DNA of 64,000 bases, from NCBI GenBank assembly GCA_951406725.2, contig OX597819.1, forward strand, positions 125,984,001 through 126,048,000, in the 5' to 3' direction. The notes under the pieces were generated by a model. The model was not told the DNA's origin and did no database searches. It worked only from the letters and a program-made list of their open reading frames with translations. The translations under genes and the position numbers were made by a program. This document shows positions 12,413 to 25,139 of the stretch, piece by piece. The stretch's first letter is position 1. Every line of letters starts with the position of its first letter. This DNA is from Octopus vulgaris (Eukaryota).

Positions 12413-12839
12413 AACACAGACGCATGCGTACATAACGATACACATCAGAGAAGAACGGAAGTGTCGCTGAGGAGGTCACATATGTGACGAAAGATTTCCG
12501 GACAATGGACATGAGTTAGAATAAGAACAGTAACAAACGAGCGAAGAACGACGAAAGTATAGTGCGTGTGTTTATTTAGCAAAAAAAAAAGAGAAAATGC
12601 CCATCCCGAAATAGACGTTCTCCAGAACAAGTAGCTTTCTCACAGACTTCGACCACCTGTCCGTTATATACCAGCTAGATAGATTTATTATGCTTTTTAC
12701 GGAAAAGGAGATGAAAATCTTGACTTTCTTATTTCCCTTCTCTTTCTTTTTGTTACACCTTTTTCAGCAACCCACTTCGCGTTTTTACTTCCCGTTTTGC
12801 CTCACTCACAGACCGGCATCCTCGTTTTGAAATAGGCCT

Positions 12840-13170
12840 TAAAAAAAAAGACTCCGCCGGTTACGACGACGAGGGTCCCAGCTGATACGATCAACGGAAC
12901 AGCTTGCTCGTGAAATTAACGCGCAAATGGCTGAGCATTCCACAGACACGTGTACCCTTAACGTAGTTCTCGGGGATAATCAGCGTGACACAGAGAGTGA
13001 CAAGGCTGACTCTTTGAAATACAAGTACAACTCATCTTTGCCAGCTGAGTGGACTGGAGCAACGTGAAATAAAGTGTCTTGCTCAAGGACACAACGCGTC
13101 GCCGGGAATCGAACTCACAACCTTACGATCATGAGCCGAATGCCCTAACCACTAAGCCACGCGCCCTCAC
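12840..13170 (-). mobile_element. tRNA-derived SINE family D, full length, with 11-bp TSD
   Basis: Head GGGCGCGTGGCTTAGTGGTTAGG...GAGTTCGATTCC, CORE-like GTGTCCTTGAGCAAGACACTT; TSD GAAATAGGCCT at 12829-12839 and 13171-13181. Confidence 0.9.
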
Positions 13171-13372
13171 GAAATAGGCCTAACGATATGCACTGAGCCA
13201 GAAAAATTGTTTGGAGACACAGGACACGTCATTAAAATCTGACAAATTATTATATCTCTATAGTATGAAACTATTAGTAGCTTTTTCCTAAAATTGTGTG
13301 TATGGAATGATATTTGTCTCTCACTGTCTACGAGACTTTATTTCGTTGGTTCTACCTACAACGGAACAGCGA

Positions 13373-13410
<38 letters not shown>

Positions 13411-13414
<4 letters not shown>

Positions 13415-13572
13415 CGTGATCACCGTGACCGAACAGGCTATCAGATGTTGCTACACATCGCTGGTCACAATGCGCTTCGCATTGCTTTAGCCTTCAAATG
13501 ACGCAACCCCGCTGGCTAAGCGAGCAGGCCAACAGAAGTAGGAGTAAGAGAAAGTTGCGGCGAAAGAGTACA
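13411..13572 (-). mobile_element. SINE family C, 3' fragment
   Basis: Near-identical to the 3' half of 32358-32668. Confidence 0.8.
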
Positions 13573-13590
13573 CGCACACACACACACACA

Positions 13591-13672
<82 letters not shown>

Positions 13673-13950
13673 CATAGATATACATGTAGAATGCATTGCT
13701 TTCTTTGTTCCGGCTTACTACGTTTTAAGTTCAAGTCCCACTGAGGTCAATTTCGTCTTTTATTGTTTCGGGACCGATAAATTACCAGTTGCCGTGGTTC
13801 GACAGAGTTACCCTGTGGTATTTGGTTTGGCTTTCTACCTTCAGCGTACGCATTGTGTCCCATAGGAATCATCCGTTTCACAGCAACCACAAACAGGATG
13901 TGTCTATGCATCTCCAACAATAGAGAGCAGTCGCCACATTTCTTTCCATA

Positions 13951-14046
13951 ACGGCTACCTCTGATGAGCGCAGGGTTACATAATCAGGCTGTTACCTAAT
14001 ACTCCGTTGAACCCCTAGTGCGAAACCGATTGGTAAGTTCGGCCGT
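13951..14046 (+). ncRNA. Type I hammerhead ribozyme motif with long stem II
   Basis: CTGATGA (13961-13967); stem II GCGCAGGGTT...AACCCCTAGTGC; GAAA; stem III CC-GATT-GG; TA (GUA cleavage triplet); stem I CT/AG plus ACGGC/GCCGT. Confidence 0.65.
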
Positions 14047-14153
14047 AATGAATATATAATATTGTACACTTCGATTAATATACCCACTTTACTGGCAGAT
14101 ATACAAGTGTATGTTTACCTGACTTATGGGCTATTAGACGGCTTACACACACA

Positions 14154-14362
14154 CGAGCTGGCAGAAACGTTAGCACGCCAGGCGAAATGTGCCGCTACGT
14201 TCTGAGTTCAAATTCCGCCGAGGTTGACTTTGCTTTTCATCCTTTCGGGGTCGATAACTTAAGTACCAGTTACGCACTGGGGTCGATATAATCGACTTAA
14301 TCCGTTTCTGTCCTTGTTTGTCCACTCTGTGTTTAGCCCCTTGTGGGTAGTAAAGAAATAGG
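14154..14362 (+). mobile_element. SINE family A
   Basis: Family A body and tail; GGCTTACACACACAC duplicated at both flanks. Confidence 0.88.
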
Positions 14363-14363
14363 C

Positions 14364-14404
<41 letters not shown>

Positions 14405-14799
14405 GAGTATCTGTTGTTTATATTGCTTAGCTGTTTAGCCCTGGGTTGGCCCTTGCCGAGCACTGCTACTATCAGGTGTTTCAGTTATGACTGATCCTGT
14501 CCTTTTTTTTTTAGAGATGTAAGGTTATAGTCCTTGATGTCTCCTTTGTTTTTGAATATCGTACGGCAGTCCATCTGTAACAGTCTCTGCAAGTGCTGTC
14601 TAGATGAGCGTCGAATTCTTAAATACATATCTTGTGGCTCTGAAAAAAATCTATATAAATGCTTTGTGTGTCTCGTATTCATAATATTGTTTTTCATAAA
14701 TGTGATACATAAAACGAGGCTAAGAATGTGTTGTTTAATAAGGACACATGCTCATAATTTTTCCTTACATTTTTACTTCTTGTAACGCCATGTAATCAG

Positions 14800-14880
<81 letters not shown>

Positions 14881-15895
14881 TTATAGATCTATCTATCTAC
14901 ATACATACATACATACTTACATGTACACACACACACACAACATACATACATACATACATATTTACATGCACACACACACACACGCACACACGCACACACA
15001 CACACACACAAAACGTACACACACACTCACACATATAATGGACTCTCCTGTCGAAGACAATGTATGAGCGTTCAGTTTTTTGCCGAACCAATTGCACAAA
15101 TGATTTGTTTATAGTGATGAAATGTTCGTGCCGCACACATTGGCTCACTTTTTCCATCAAAACGACGTTGTCTGAACAGGTGAACGCTGTACCACGCGTC
15201 AGGTGTCGAAACGATCGCAGAGCAACGTGACATGAAGTGTTTTGCTCAAGTCTAGGAACTGAAATTACGAACCAGTGATCATGAGTGCAACACCTTAACC
15301 CCTCTGTTATATGCGGGTATATATGACTGTCTGTTTGTCAGTGTGGCAAACTGAAGTACATACTAGTTGGTAATGTAAACCACTAAATGGCTGTAGTCTA
15401 ATGATTGAAGCCAGCACCAGAATATAGGAATACACACTTCTCTTGCTTCCCCTAGGCTTGTATGTGGGTGGAAGACTGTAGGTTGGAGAGAAAGACCGTT
15501 TTTCTTTAGTATAACGATTTATATGAATAGGTATATCCCAACATATTTATTCTGACTTGTAGACTTTCTTCATTCACTGGTTTCTTATCTTCAATCTAAT
15601 TGTGAACAATATTTACTTCTTCTCTGCCTACTGGCTTGTTTACTTATTTACGGAGATGTGAGAGGGATATAAGATGGTGTTAGAGGCTATATGTATTGAC
15701 ATGGCACACTAGATTGTGATAGTGAGTAAGCATAGTGTTCGTGTTTGTCAGGATGTGACGTATGAATCGGGGGTTTATGTATTCGTTGTCAGAAGGATTA
15801 GTCTGCGCTTCACAGTCATTAAATGCACTTTTAAGAGTTTGATTTGCAGCTGCTTCGGTTGACCCCCACCGCCCAGTAAACAAGCACTACGATGT

Positions 15896-16390
15896 TTGCA
15901 TTCTGGTAAACATATCCTTCTCCACGCACACACACGAACACACACACACACGAACACACACACACACGAACACACACACACACGAACACACACACACACG
16001 AACACACACACACACACACACACTGGTTAAGGATCGACTTTGCCTTTCATCCTTTCGGGGTCGATAAATTAAGTACCAATTACGCACTAGGGGTCGATGT
16101 AATCGACTTAATCCCTTTGTCTGTCCTTGTTTGTCCCCTCTGTGTTTAGCCCCTTGTGGGCAGTAAAGAAATAGGTTGCATTCTGGTAAACATATCCTTC
16201 TCCATGCACACACATGAACACACACACACACACACACTGGTTAAGGATCGACTTTGCCTTTCATCCTTTCGGGGTCGATAAATTAAGTACCAATTACGCA
16301 CTGGGGGTCGATGTAATCGACTTAATCCCTTTGTCTGTCCTTGTTTGTCCCCTCTGTGTTTAGCTCCTTGTGGGCAGTAAAGAAATAGGT
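15896..16390 (+). repeat. Local tandem duplication (unique flank + CA repeat + SINE A 3' half), two copies
   Basis: TTGCATTCTGGTAAACATATCCTTCTCCA at 15896 and 16176, each followed by (CA)n, CTGGTTAAGGAT and the same truncated SINE A. Confidence 0.85.
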
Positions 16391-16714
16391 TAAGGATAAT
16401 GTAGTCCAACACAGATCATGCTCAGGTCATCTTCTCTCTTCTTAATATTATTATTGATTTGTTTTTATAGAAATATCAAATGTGATGGTCTATGTCCTTC
16501 TTAAGTGTATTGGTAATGTAAGTCAAATGAAATTATTTCCATGTCGTATAAATGAGAAAAAGATGCACCAGCTCTGAACATGATCAATCATTTGCAAAGC
16601 CCCGTTACACATTTGTAGTAGTTCAACATTATGGTGGTGTAAATCAGATACTTCTTCATTCTTTGTCATCTTTATGATTATTATATCTTGGGAACGCACA
16701 TGCTCATGTAATGT

Positions 16715-17021
16715 TTATTGTCTGTTCCTTCTCGAGCCATGCCTGGCTCATAAGGGCCGGTTTTCCGGTTTCCGAGGCGTATAGGTTCCCTACCTAGACG
16801 GGACGCCGGTCCGTCGCAGGTGAGCTGCAAGATGTAGGAGGAAAGAGTGGGAAAAAGTTGTGGCGAAGGAGTCAGCAGATGTTCGCCATTACCTTCTGCC
16901 GGAGTTGCGTGGAGCTTAGGTGTTTCGCTCATAAACATACACAACGCCCGGTCTGAGATTCGAACTCGCGATTCCTCGACTGCGAGTCCACTACTCTAAC
17001 CACTAGGCCATGTGCCTCCAC
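16715..17021 (-). mobile_element. tRNA-derived SINE family C (tail variant 1)
   Basis: Head GTGGAGGCACATGGCCTAGTGGTTAG...GAGTTCGAATCTC; middle shared with 32358-32668 and 46297-46623. Confidence 0.85.
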
Positions 17022-17384
17022 TCATGTAATGGGGGAAGTGGTAAAGGCGGTAGAGTTAGATGTGTTTATCATTAGCTCAATCCGGAAGTGAACATCTTGT
17101 CTCTGTTCGGGAGTTTATGAAACTTCATTATCTTGAAAAAAAAAAAAGGGTAGGGTGTATGAGGGTCTTCCCTCATCTTTACAGGGCTACATTAAGTTGG
17201 AGAATTGACAGAAACGTGAGAACAATGGACAAAATGCCCTATCTATTTTTACTGGTTTTTTACTTTCTAAGTTCAAATCTCACCTAGGTTTTCCTTAAAA
17301 TCAAGTACCAACTCTAGTTAGTGCACTTTCGGAATCATTAGAATGTTGAATAAAATGTTTTTGTGGTATTTGTGGTTAGCAAGT

Positions 17385-17590
17385 CGGGCTAAATGCTTAG
17401 CAGTATTTCGTCTGCCGCTACGTTCTGAGTTCAAATTCCGCCGAGTCGACTTTGCCTTTCATCCTTTCGGGGTCGATAAATTAAGTACCAGTTACGCACT
17501 GGGGTCGATATAATTGACTTGATCCGTTTATCTGTCCTTGTTTGTCCTCTCTGTGTTTAGAGCCCCTTATGGGTAGTAAAGAAATAGGTA
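17385..17590 (+). mobile_element. SINE family A
   Basis: Family A body and tail. Confidence 0.88.
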
Positions 17591-17659
17591 TTTGTTCCGA
17601 ATCTTCACGTTTTGAATGACCAATCAAATTTGCAAGAAAACTATTATTCGAAGACAGTA

Positions 17660-18200
17660 AATGGAAAGCAACCTTTGTAGACGCTCACAAATCCTTCGCG
17701 ATAAGCACAAAGTGTGTCAAGAAAGTCACCACCGTTTATTTGTTGACCTGACGATGAAAGGAAGGACAGCAATGACAAATCTATCTTTTCTTATTTGAGA
17801 TGATTCGGGTGCTATTTGAGGGACAGAAAATAAAAGGGCAATCCTCTTGTGCTATAGACACCCTTCATTACTACAATCCTGAGAAAATAAGCTCTTCTGT
17901 CCCAGAAAAAAGTTGCATCTCGGACAAGAATATTCGATGTGTACTGCCCTTCTTTTAGACAGTGAGATGTGTCTAAAAAAAGTTGCATCTCGGACAAGAA
18001 TATTCGATATGTACTGCCCTTCTTTTACTGTGAGATATGTGAGCGATTTTGTTATTATTCCTGGCAGATCGAGAAACCCCTCCCTTGGAAGCTCCTTCGT
18101 TGGCTGTTCGTTGACGTCGTGTTAATTATGACGTTCGTATTCCACCACGGAAAACAACACTGATTCCATTCATGGTTTCCTGTCGGCATTCTTTATATTA
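17660..18200. mobile_element. Highly decayed RTE-like LINE fragments with an internal ~70-bp tandem duplication
   Basis: Minus strand gives ..EGQ...TFFW (RTE endonuclease-like); plus strand 17690-17755 gives QILRDK...LFVDLT (RT-like). AAAAAAGTTGCATCTCGGACAAGAATATTCGAT occurs at ~17906 and ~17976. Confidence 0.4.
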
Positions 18201-19382
18201 CCCAAAACTTTCGATCAGCTAATCCGATAGAAGTTCTCCCTCTTGTGTATTGTTGTTTGGTTATAAACTTCTCAAAAGTAGTTTTTGACTACAAATCGCT
18301 TGGATAATCTAAGTTGACTAAAATTTTCCACCTCAATATATTACATTTGTGAGACCTTATTGCATAAGTCTTTAGTGTGCAAAACGCTGATCTGAGATAT
18401 TTTCTTCCAATCATGCAAAGTCGGTTGTGATTGGATTCCTAGGAGAGGACCATTTGAAATTAGTATCACAAGCTAATTTTTAATAGAGAATTACGAGTCA
18501 ACGAGTTCGACCGGTTAGAAGTAGCTACCAAATCCCCCTCAAATTGCACCTACCAACTTTGTTTAAAAAACAAGGCAGGATAAACTTAATGATGTTTTAT
18601 ATAAACTATGTCTGGGAAATAAAGATGTGTTGGTCACGACTGGAGTCCTTTTGAAGTATTTTCAATCAGTACTAGCCTGAGACTAAGCAACAATAGTAAT
18701 AGCAGTAGCAGCAGCAACAACAACAACATTTGGAAGCCAGGGTCATCATCATCACTATCGTCATCGTCATCGTCATCGTCGTCTTCATCGTTATCATCAT
18801 TATCGGGTCTGTTCTCTAGAATGTTGAAAAAAAAAAAGAGAGAAAAAGAAACTCGAATATCTGGAAGCCATAAGAGAAGAACTAGTAGGGTTGAAATGGC
18901 CATTATTAGAACGCTGAAATAACAAATAAAAATGGTCGCAGTTCGTTGACTTCTTGTTGAACCAAATATTTGCAGTCAGGAAAAACACAAACAAGCAAGG
19001 AATCATATAAATAAACACACAAGAGAAAAAGAACACTAATTAGAATATGAAGACGATAAATATCCGGATGTGTATTGGTTAAATAGCTTTGGAATGTAAA
19101 CAAGAAGAAAACAAAAAAAATAAATAAATAAAATAAAAATAAAGGAGGGAGAGAAAGAAAAAGAGAAGGTAACAAAAAAAAAAGCTAAGAGACTATACTT
19201 TGGAAACTTAGAAACGAAAGGTTCAAGAAAATATATTATTGAAACAAACAAAACAAAACAAAACGAAACAAAACGAAACAGGCAAAATAAAGAAAAAAAA
19301 AATGAAAAAAGAAAAATAATATTAATATATAAAAATAACAACAACGACAGCAAAAACGCCAACAACATCAAAAACAACAAGG

Positions 19383-19448
<66 letters not shown>

Positions 19449-19774
19449 TGACGAAATTGGAAAAAATACAAACAAGAATAAATTAATGCAATTGCCATCA
19501 TCATCATCATCATCTTCTTCTTCTTCTTCTTCTTCTTCTTCTTCTTCTTCTTCTTCTTCTTCTTCTTCTTCTTCTTCTTCTTCTTCTTCTTCTTCTTCTT
19601 CTTCTTCTTCTTCTTCTTCTTCTTCTTCTTCTTCTTCTTCAACATGTTTCTACGCGTATCCTTCTTTCTCTCTTCTACGACTCATCCTTCCTTATCATTG
19701 CCATCTTCCTCTTCGCATTATTTTAACATATTTTATTCTGTCTCTCCAAATTTCAAAAACTATTACCTCTTTCC

Positions 19775-19809
<35 letters not shown>

Positions 19810-20267
19810 CACGTATACATATCATATATGTACTTGTATATATACATACATACACACATCTACATATATGTACATCCATCAAAACACACACACACACATT
19901 CTGGAATAAGGTTAATGTGATATTAAAAAAGACAAAATATTTATCCCGACGCTCTCTGAAGGAAGATTTATAGCTTTACTACATGATGGATTTAGGACTA
20001 TTGTATCAACATGAGTTTCCCATAGTCTCCTAACCAAGTGCCCCTACCCAACTACTTTTATCGCTACAGGAAAGGAAATACATATTCCTCCCTCCTTTTT
20101 TTTCTACCCTGTCCTCTATCTCCTCTTCTTTATCTGCTCTCGCCCTCTCGCTCCCACACATATGCATATACGCATGTGCGCCTATGCACCGAGACAGATG
20201 CTCGCACATCGAATTGTAGCTAGTTTCAGTAATTGTCTTTCGTTCCCCTTCCGTTATATACATATAC

Positions 20268-20298
<31 letters not shown>

Positions 20299-20436
20299 TG
20301 TATGTATGTATGTATGTATGTATGTATGTATGTATGTATGTATATAAATATGTATACGTATGTATGTATGTATGTATGTATGTATATATATATATATATA
20401 CGTATATATATATATATATATATATGGGAGGGGGGT

Positions 20437-21048
20437 CGTTCTCTTTTAGCTAACATAAACCCCAAAAAAGTATAAGGACTTGCTGAAGGCTTCCTTAAGA
20501 GATGCTTGCATCTCTCCTGACACATGGGAAGGCATAGCTATTGATCGTAGCTAGTGGAGAAGGATTGTGAACGAGGGGCCAGTCACGTTTGAGAAATCTC
20601 GAGTTGCACATGAGAAAGTAAGGAGGGATGTCAGGAAGGGCATCGCTGTTACACTTCCAGAAGGGAAGAGTCTTCCTTTGATTCTGACATGCAATGTCTG
20701 TGCAAGACCCTGCCTCAGTAAAGCTGGACTCATGAGTCATCTTCGTAGTCATAAAACGAGACAGATGAGTGACAAACTGGCCACTGGTGGTGGTGTAACA
20801 CACCATACATGTCTGTCGGGCGTGTGGAAGAGAGTGTAATTCTGCAGGAGGACTTAAACGACATGCAAAGGTACATGAAACCCAGTTACAACCACAGCCG
20901 GCTATTGCCGGTAAAGGTTTTAGTTGCCAATTCTGTACAAGACATTGTAGATCTTTAGCTGGGCTAAAAAGTCACATTCGATCACAGCACCAATAACAGT
21001 TAAGCTTTGTGCAATGGCCATACTCGATAAGGAGGGGGCCACCATCAT
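20437..21048 (+). mobile_element. 5'-truncated RTE-clade LINE 3' end with three C2H2 zinc fingers (pseudogenised)
   Basis: KYKDLLKASL...TWEGIAIDRS*WRRIV (RTE C-terminus), then CNVCARPCLSKAGLMSHLRSH, CRACGRECNSAGGLKRHAKVH, CQFCTRHCRSLAGLKSHIRSQH*; short 3' UTR ending in (TA)n. Confidence 0.85.
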
Positions 21049-21489
21049 ATATATATATGCATGTGTGTATGTATGTATGCATATATGTATGTATATTCTT
21101 TTTGTCTTTCTAATTTAGAGTAAATTTTGACCGGCCGCCTACTTGGTAGCAAGGTTATGAAGGAAAGTATCCTGTTTTGACCATCATTCTTTAAATCTTA
21201 AGAACGTGCTGCAGATATTTTATAGCCCTAGATATCGTGATCATTTGTAGCGTATGAATTAAGGATTTGCATTCTCTCCCCAAGATTTCAAGTTCAAATC
21301 TAGACGGGTATGTATGTCTCTTCTATTTTTTAATTATTATAAATCTTCCACAGAGAAGGCCGGTTTCCAACAAAGATACAAGGCTCCATCTTTGAGATGT
21401 AGTGAAGACAAACAAATTCACATTTGGAACTTGAGAAAAGTCTTGCATATTTTTACTGTTCCACTCAGAGATTGCACTTGTAATGTACG

Positions 21490-22930
21490 AATCAGCTCGT
21501 CAGTTTCTCTTTCTGAAAACTACAGTTTATCCAGATCCCTTTTTTTTCGAAGCACTTCCAGCAGACCACAAGCTTGCTTATTCGAGAAGAAGGCTTTTGA
21601 TTTGTCTCGCAGCTATTTAAGCACCGCTTCATGCGCTTCTTCTGTAGCAAATCGACGACCTCGTAACTGAGGTTTGAACTGTCTAAAGAGGTGATTGTCG
21701 GAGACGGTATATCTGGACTGTATGCAGAGTGTTCCAGCAACTCGAAATCCAGCCATTCATTTGTTTTCAACGGTGTAGGCGGCCATATGTGGGCGTGCAT
21801 TTTCGTGCAGCAATAACTCTTGCTTTGACCATAGACCTTGGAGTTTGGTGCGAATTGCTGGTTTCAGTTACTTGGCCAGCATTTCACTGTAGCCTACGCT
21901 GGTGATTGTAGATCTTTTTCCCAGGTAATGTTCCATTGTAAGTTCTTTTACCTCCCCCAAAAGCGGTTAGCATCACTTTTTCTGTGGAAAGTTGAGCCTT
22001 CAAGTTCTCTTTTGCTGGCGATTCCGAGTAATTCCATTTCTTACTTTGCTTTTGGATTCTGGTTTAAAATGACAGACCAACGTCTCATTTCCTATGGCTA
22101 TCCTCTCCAGAAATGCTTCGCCTTCATCGCTATAGAAATCGATTAAGAGTTAACAGATCTCCAAACGATTGCCCTTACGCACTTCGGTAAGCTCTCTTGG
22201 CAACTATCTCCTACTAATTTAACAGAATCGAAACTTGTGGATAATTTCGTATGCAAAACCATGACTAATTTGCAGAGGACATGCTATCTCATCGATGGTA
22301 ACTCGTCGGTTCGCCAGAATATTCTCACAAGTTTCTCGAATCTTCTCGTTAGTGGTGGAGGCTAGTTAGTTAGTTAGTTAGTTAGTTAATTTGGCTCAAA
22401 AGCAAATAGCAAGGCCATGTAGGGGGACATGGAGTTAAGTACAGGGTGGTGTCCATGTAAAGAGTTCAGGCCACTTGAGGTCAAGGGAGGCTTTGAACAA
22501 AGCGGTCGTCGGCATCTTCGCCATCTCGTCTGGCAGCAACGGATCCGCAACCCGGACGGAGAAAGCTCCTCTCCTTCGATTGAGATGAAATTGTCGCAGG
22601 TAGAGCTTTTCGGAATGACCCCGCAGCCGACGCTCTGGAGCAGGAGTGAAGAACAGCTCTTTCGAGAGGTTGATCGGCATCTTGCTCCCTTCTTTGTGCA
22701 TCACACTTGTCCGACCTCTTTTAAGATTCTCATATACACGTCTGCGCGGTAGAGTGCTGTCCTCTTATTATACTGAAAATCTGCGATGAATTTCAGCCCA
22801 TAACACACCTTCAGACCAGAGATGTATCACTGATCTGTATTCTTGCTTGGCGTACACTACCTGCAGAGCAGCCATCTTTACTCTGAAATACAAGAGAGAA
22901 AACTAAAGGGTTCAAGGTCGAACCACCTTT
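21490..22930 (-). mobile_element. Decayed mariner transposon
   Basis: Minus-strand remnants HENARPH (HDNARPH motif) and ELLEHSAYSPDI (HPPYSPDL motif); many stops and frameshifts. Boundaries approximate. Confidence 0.8.
22363..22712 (-). mobile_element. CR1-like LINE 3' fragment nested in the mariner
   Basis: RLRGHSEKL...RRGAFSVRV..LP...FKASLD (CR1 ORF2 C-terminus) and a (TAAC)n tail at 22363-22388. Confidence 0.85.
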
Positions 22931-23068
22931 TAGCACACCAGGGCCCGAAGGTCTGTGGTCAATCTAAAAGATGTTTTGGCGAAAGTGTAAATCATGTTTG
23001 ACTTAGTGTGTGTGTGTGAGAATGTGCGCGCGTGTTTGCATATATGTGTGTGCGTGTGTGTATGTGTG

Positions 23069-23266
23069 TACTCTTTTACTCTTTTACTTGTTTCAGTCAT
23101 TTGACTGTAGCCATGCTGGAGCACCGCCTTTAGTCGAGTAAATCGACCCCAGGACTCATTCTTTCTAAGCCTAGTACTAATTCTGTCGGTCTCTTTTGCC
23201 GAACCGCTAAGTTACGGGGACTTAAACACACCAGCATCGGTTGTGAAGCGATGGTGGAGGGGGGAG

Positions 23267-23322
<56 letters not shown>

Positions 23323-23510
23323 GTATATATATATATATACATATATACGACGGGCTTCTTTCAGTTTCCGTCTACCAAATCCACTCACAAGGCTTTGGTT
23401 GGCCCGAGGCTATAGTAGAAGACACTTGCCCAAAGTGCCATGCAGTGGGACTGAACCCGGAACCATGTGGTTGGGAAGCAAACTACTTACCACACAGCCA
23501 CTCCTACGCA
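23069..23510 (-). mobile_element. SINE family B
   Basis: Full family B pattern. Confidence 0.9.
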
Positions 23511-24438
23511 TATATAAGTCTATATATTTCTGTGTGTTCGTGTGAGTCTGTCTCTGTGTCTACTCATTTAATGTTTTTTTATACCAGCCACAGTCGCTGA
23601 ATTTTCATATTTCAAATCCTTACTGATGAACTGATTGCCATCTAAAATACAACAAAATTAATTAATAATTAGATAATTATGATAAATTCAGTTAATAATT
23701 CTGTAAGTAATATTACATAGCTGTAAATGTTTCGAGTTATAGAAAAACAGTAGAAAAAATAAAGACGAATGGAACTTTTCCTTGAAGTTTAAGCGTCTTA
23801 GATACAGTGTCGTGGTAGGTGAATATAAAACGAATTGTGAACCCAGCAGATCAGCTGTCTGCTTTCTCGCTTACTTCATTTGGCCAGCTGCAATATTAAC
23901 CTCAAACATTATCGAGTCATTATCAATGTCGCCATCTTTTTCCATAACGTCTTTTTATCGCTTTCATCATTCCGCCAAAAGTTATGAAGGCGCAATCTGT
24001 TATCTGCAGCCTTTACCAGCGGCAATAACTCAAATGAACAATAATGACAATACCTTTAGCATTTTGCCAGAGTTGTTTTTTTTTTCGTCTCTGTAGAAAC
24101 GAAAATTATTTTTTATGTTATTTTAAAATTATATTTTATTTCATTCCCATCCCGTCAAGATGTATTTACTCGAACTCTCTTCAAAATTTCCCCCTTTTAA
24201 AACCCTGCTGATGCTTTCTTCTCGTTTCGTATGCAAACCTCCCCAAATCAATGTATGTGTGACTGCCTATGTATGTATGTAATTATATTATGTACACACA
24301 TGCACACACACACACACAATAATAAAGGTAACTGGATGCAATATTTAACCAAAAAGGAAAAATTCTATTGTCGCTTATAGTGACTGAGGAAGCAAGTAGC
24401 ACCTACATTGCTAGAAACAAGAGTCAAAGACCTTTATA

Positions 24439-24620
24439 TATTTCTTTACTACCCACAAGGGGCTAAACACAGAGGGGACAAACAAGGACAGACAAACGGA
24501 TTAAGTCGATTACATCGACCCCAGTACGTAACTGCTACTTAATTTATCGACCCCGAAAGGATGAAAGGCAAAGACGACCTCGGCGGAATTTGAACTCGGA
24601 ACGTAACAACAGACGAAATA
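24439..24620 (-). mobile_element. SINE family A, 5'-truncated, with TSD
   Basis: AGTCAAAGACCTT at both flanks. Confidence 0.88.
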
Positions 24621-24880
24621 AGTCAAAGACCTTAGCATACGTCTATGTACTGACCCTCTATAAGGGTCTTTGACACTTGTTTGAAGCAATGTAGGTGTTA
24701 CCTTGCACCCTCAGTCACTAATGCGACAACTGAATTTTCAGAAATATACATACATATATAATACGGGCTGAAAAAAGATATATATATATATATATTATGT
24801 ATATATAATATAAATATATTACGGAGATGTACTTGCATAGCGAGTGACTTGATCTGAGATCGTGTGCTGGAACGAAAACA

Positions 24881-25139
24881 ATTGCAGCGTGGAAGGTGTT
24901 TATAAGCCATTTAAGAAACACACAAAAACCGTTTAGATTCACTTCAACATTTAAATTTAATTTGTCAAAATATTTTCGTCGCTTTGAGACCGCGACCTGT
25001 TCACTGATAAAACTTCGTAACAGGTCGCGGTCTCAAAGCGACGAAAATATTTTGACAAATTAAATTTAAATGTTGAAGTGAATCTAAACGGTTTTTGTGT
25101 GTTTCTTAAATGGCTTATAAACACCTTCCACGCTGCAAT
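24881..25139. repeat. Perfect 121-bp inverted repeat with 17-bp spacer (probable PLE inverted pLTR)
   Basis: 24881-25001 is the reverse complement of 25019-25139; embedded in (TA)n. Confidence 0.9.

Noticed and set aside
13095-13170. tRNA-like sequences at SINE heads (also 16950-17021 and 32595-32668)
   Set aside because: A/B boxes are present, but they lack proper acceptor stems and run into SINE bodies; not tRNA genes.
23780-24100. Complex unique segments that might be exons (also ~31.0, 52.2-52.5, 53.6-53.9 and 56.2-56.7 kb)
   Set aside because: No recognisable protein motif or convincing splice-bounded frame; they could be regulatory DNA, but sequence alone cannot support that.
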